A DNA stretch of 64,000 nt from Oikopleura dioica. Its lineage: Eukaryota > Animalia > Chordata. This document shows, piece by piece, positions 62,701-64,000 of the stretch. The stretch's first letter is position 1; each line of letters opens with the position of its first letter. The stretch is from the NCBI GenBank assembly GCA_907165135.1, contig OU015567.1:3472001-3536000 (forward strand), read 5' to 3'. The notes under the pieces are model-generated. The model did no database searches. It saw only the letters and a program-made list of their open reading frames with translations, and was not told where the DNA came from. Both the position numbers and the translations under genes were made by a program.

Positions 62701-63773
62701 TATCGACGTTGAAGTCGAAACGACTCAAACCATCCACATTACTGGTGTCCAAATTGTCCAATCTGAAGTGACCATCGTCGAAGAAGGCCGTCCATAGAAC
62801 AATAAATCAAATGCAAAAAATGAAGATCGTTTTTCTAATGTCAAACACCTTTCAATTTTTAGAATTGAGATAAAATGGCGGATCGTCCAGCGACTTTTGG
62901 ACTCACGGGAATGCCGAATAATGGGACCATGAAGGTAGAAGAAGATTTTAAAGAATTGTAAGTCATTTTCAGGGACCCTCGAGTGGCCGACGAGATGTGC
63001 TCGACAGAAATACGACAGCTACAGGCAGATACACCGTTAAATCAAAGTAAGAGCTTGGAATTTGATTGAAAAAACATGCTTTGAAGAAGCCGCGCGGCTT
63101 GAATTTCGTTTCAGCTTTTCAAAAGAAATAACCAACAGTTAGAAAAGTCGCAAGCGGCTCTTTTTTTTAAGCCGCGTTTTTAACCGTCTTGTTTCAGGAC
63201 AAAACTGCGCGTCCGAGTGGAAACTCTTTCAATGAACCAAGTCGACGCCGTCCACGTGAGACCAGAACACACCGGAAACAACGCTCAAAACCAGAACTTT
63301 CAAAACTTTCAACAAAAAATATGAAAATAAAGATCTTTTCACCCTCGAAATCACGTCCGTTTACCTTGATGAAACCGATGGCTTCTGGGGTTTCGTCGAT
63401 ACCATTTTCGACTTCGTCATTTCTGGCGAGATCCGGGTTTTCAGGAACTTTGATAACTCTTCCAGTCCAGAGATCGGAGGAGTCGGAGATGCGGTTTCTC
63501 GATTTTAGGGCAGAAACCGGCGCGTCAAACTGAAATTTGTGAATAAGCAAATTTCTAGACGGACTGTTAATGCAAGGAAATTTCGGGGTCGAAATTGCGT
63601 TGCCAGAAACAGGAATGAGGACCCTGACATAGATTTACAAGCGGAGATACTGTACCTTAATTGCAATCGTCTGAAGTGAGTCCGACTCATCGACTTCGTA
63701 ATCAACCCACTTCGAGCTCATCTCCCATTTTTCCCTAGAATCATCATTTTCGATAAATTTTCGGATCAGTCAT
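59776..63773 (-). CDS. OXR1: OXR1/NCOA7-like LysM-GRAM-TLDc protein
   Basis: LysM YEVDESDSLQTIAIK|FDAPVSALKSRN..LWTGRVIKVP; GRAM VAGVLLITPCALMFDP; KSWQIES; TLDc LPARCIGSKWMLKYSS|RNHGTSIGTLY..FFGSGESFLF..WSGKNNFF..GTSKPCETFMNPTL..DFQ|ICDVELWAF*. Start at 63773 needs a 1-bp correction; otherwise 63721. Confidence 0.92.
60470..60823. mobile_element. MITE-like element with ~77-bp TIRs in an OXR1 intron
   Basis: CCTAGGATTCAAATC...CTTAGAGG versus its reverse complement near 60740-60815, about 4 mismatches; TATAGA(CC) directly repeated at 60470 and 60816. Confidence 0.85.
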
Positions 63774-64000
63774 GTTTGATTACAGTTAATTTCAATTTTA
63801 AAAACGAGGCAATAATCGAGATGATGATAAGGGTGAAATAAGTTGAGATTTCTTAATCTTTGCTTTTTTCTAGAATCTTTCTTCTTTTGTTCGATTCGAG
63901 AATTTCTCTCTTGGTCGATTTTGCGGCGGGCGCCGATTGGCTGTGTCGCGACCGAGGCGTGAATTTATCATTTTCTCATTTCGCCGATGAATGAAGAACT

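Overview
Eukaryotic, AT-rich, gene-dense window with many short (about 40-100 nt) introns and several GA-AG/GC-AG introns. This strongly suggests the larvacean tunicate Oikopleura (inference; not database-checked). Spliced genes I could reconstruct by hand: a multidomain trypsin-like protease plus a downstream half-protease, an FHL (4.5 LIM) protein, CHST- and GAL3ST-type sulfotransferases, a C-type lectin/Kelch-like secreted protein, a LARP6-type RRM protein, an hnRNP K-like protein, an SLC43-like transporter, a tandem double carboxylesterase with an EGF linker, PABPN1, an OXR1/NCOA7-like LysM-GRAM-TLDc protein, and several small secreted Cys-rich proteins (two are paralogs 57 kb apart). There are four identical tRNA-Val(AAC) genes in alternating orientation, two of them inside a 381-bp palindrome. 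There are also several foldback/TIR elements and dispersed palindromic motifs. The most interesting items are (1) a La-motif-less LARP6-like protein carrying a PAM2-like motif and a canonical eIF4E-binding motif, (2) the double esterase, whose two copies share only one intron position and differ by several GA-AG introns, and (3) the tRNA-Val palindrome and inverted-pair architecture. Several conserved genes carry frameshifts, mostly 1 bp and in homopolymers, probably long-read errors. All exon boundaries are manual and approximate.
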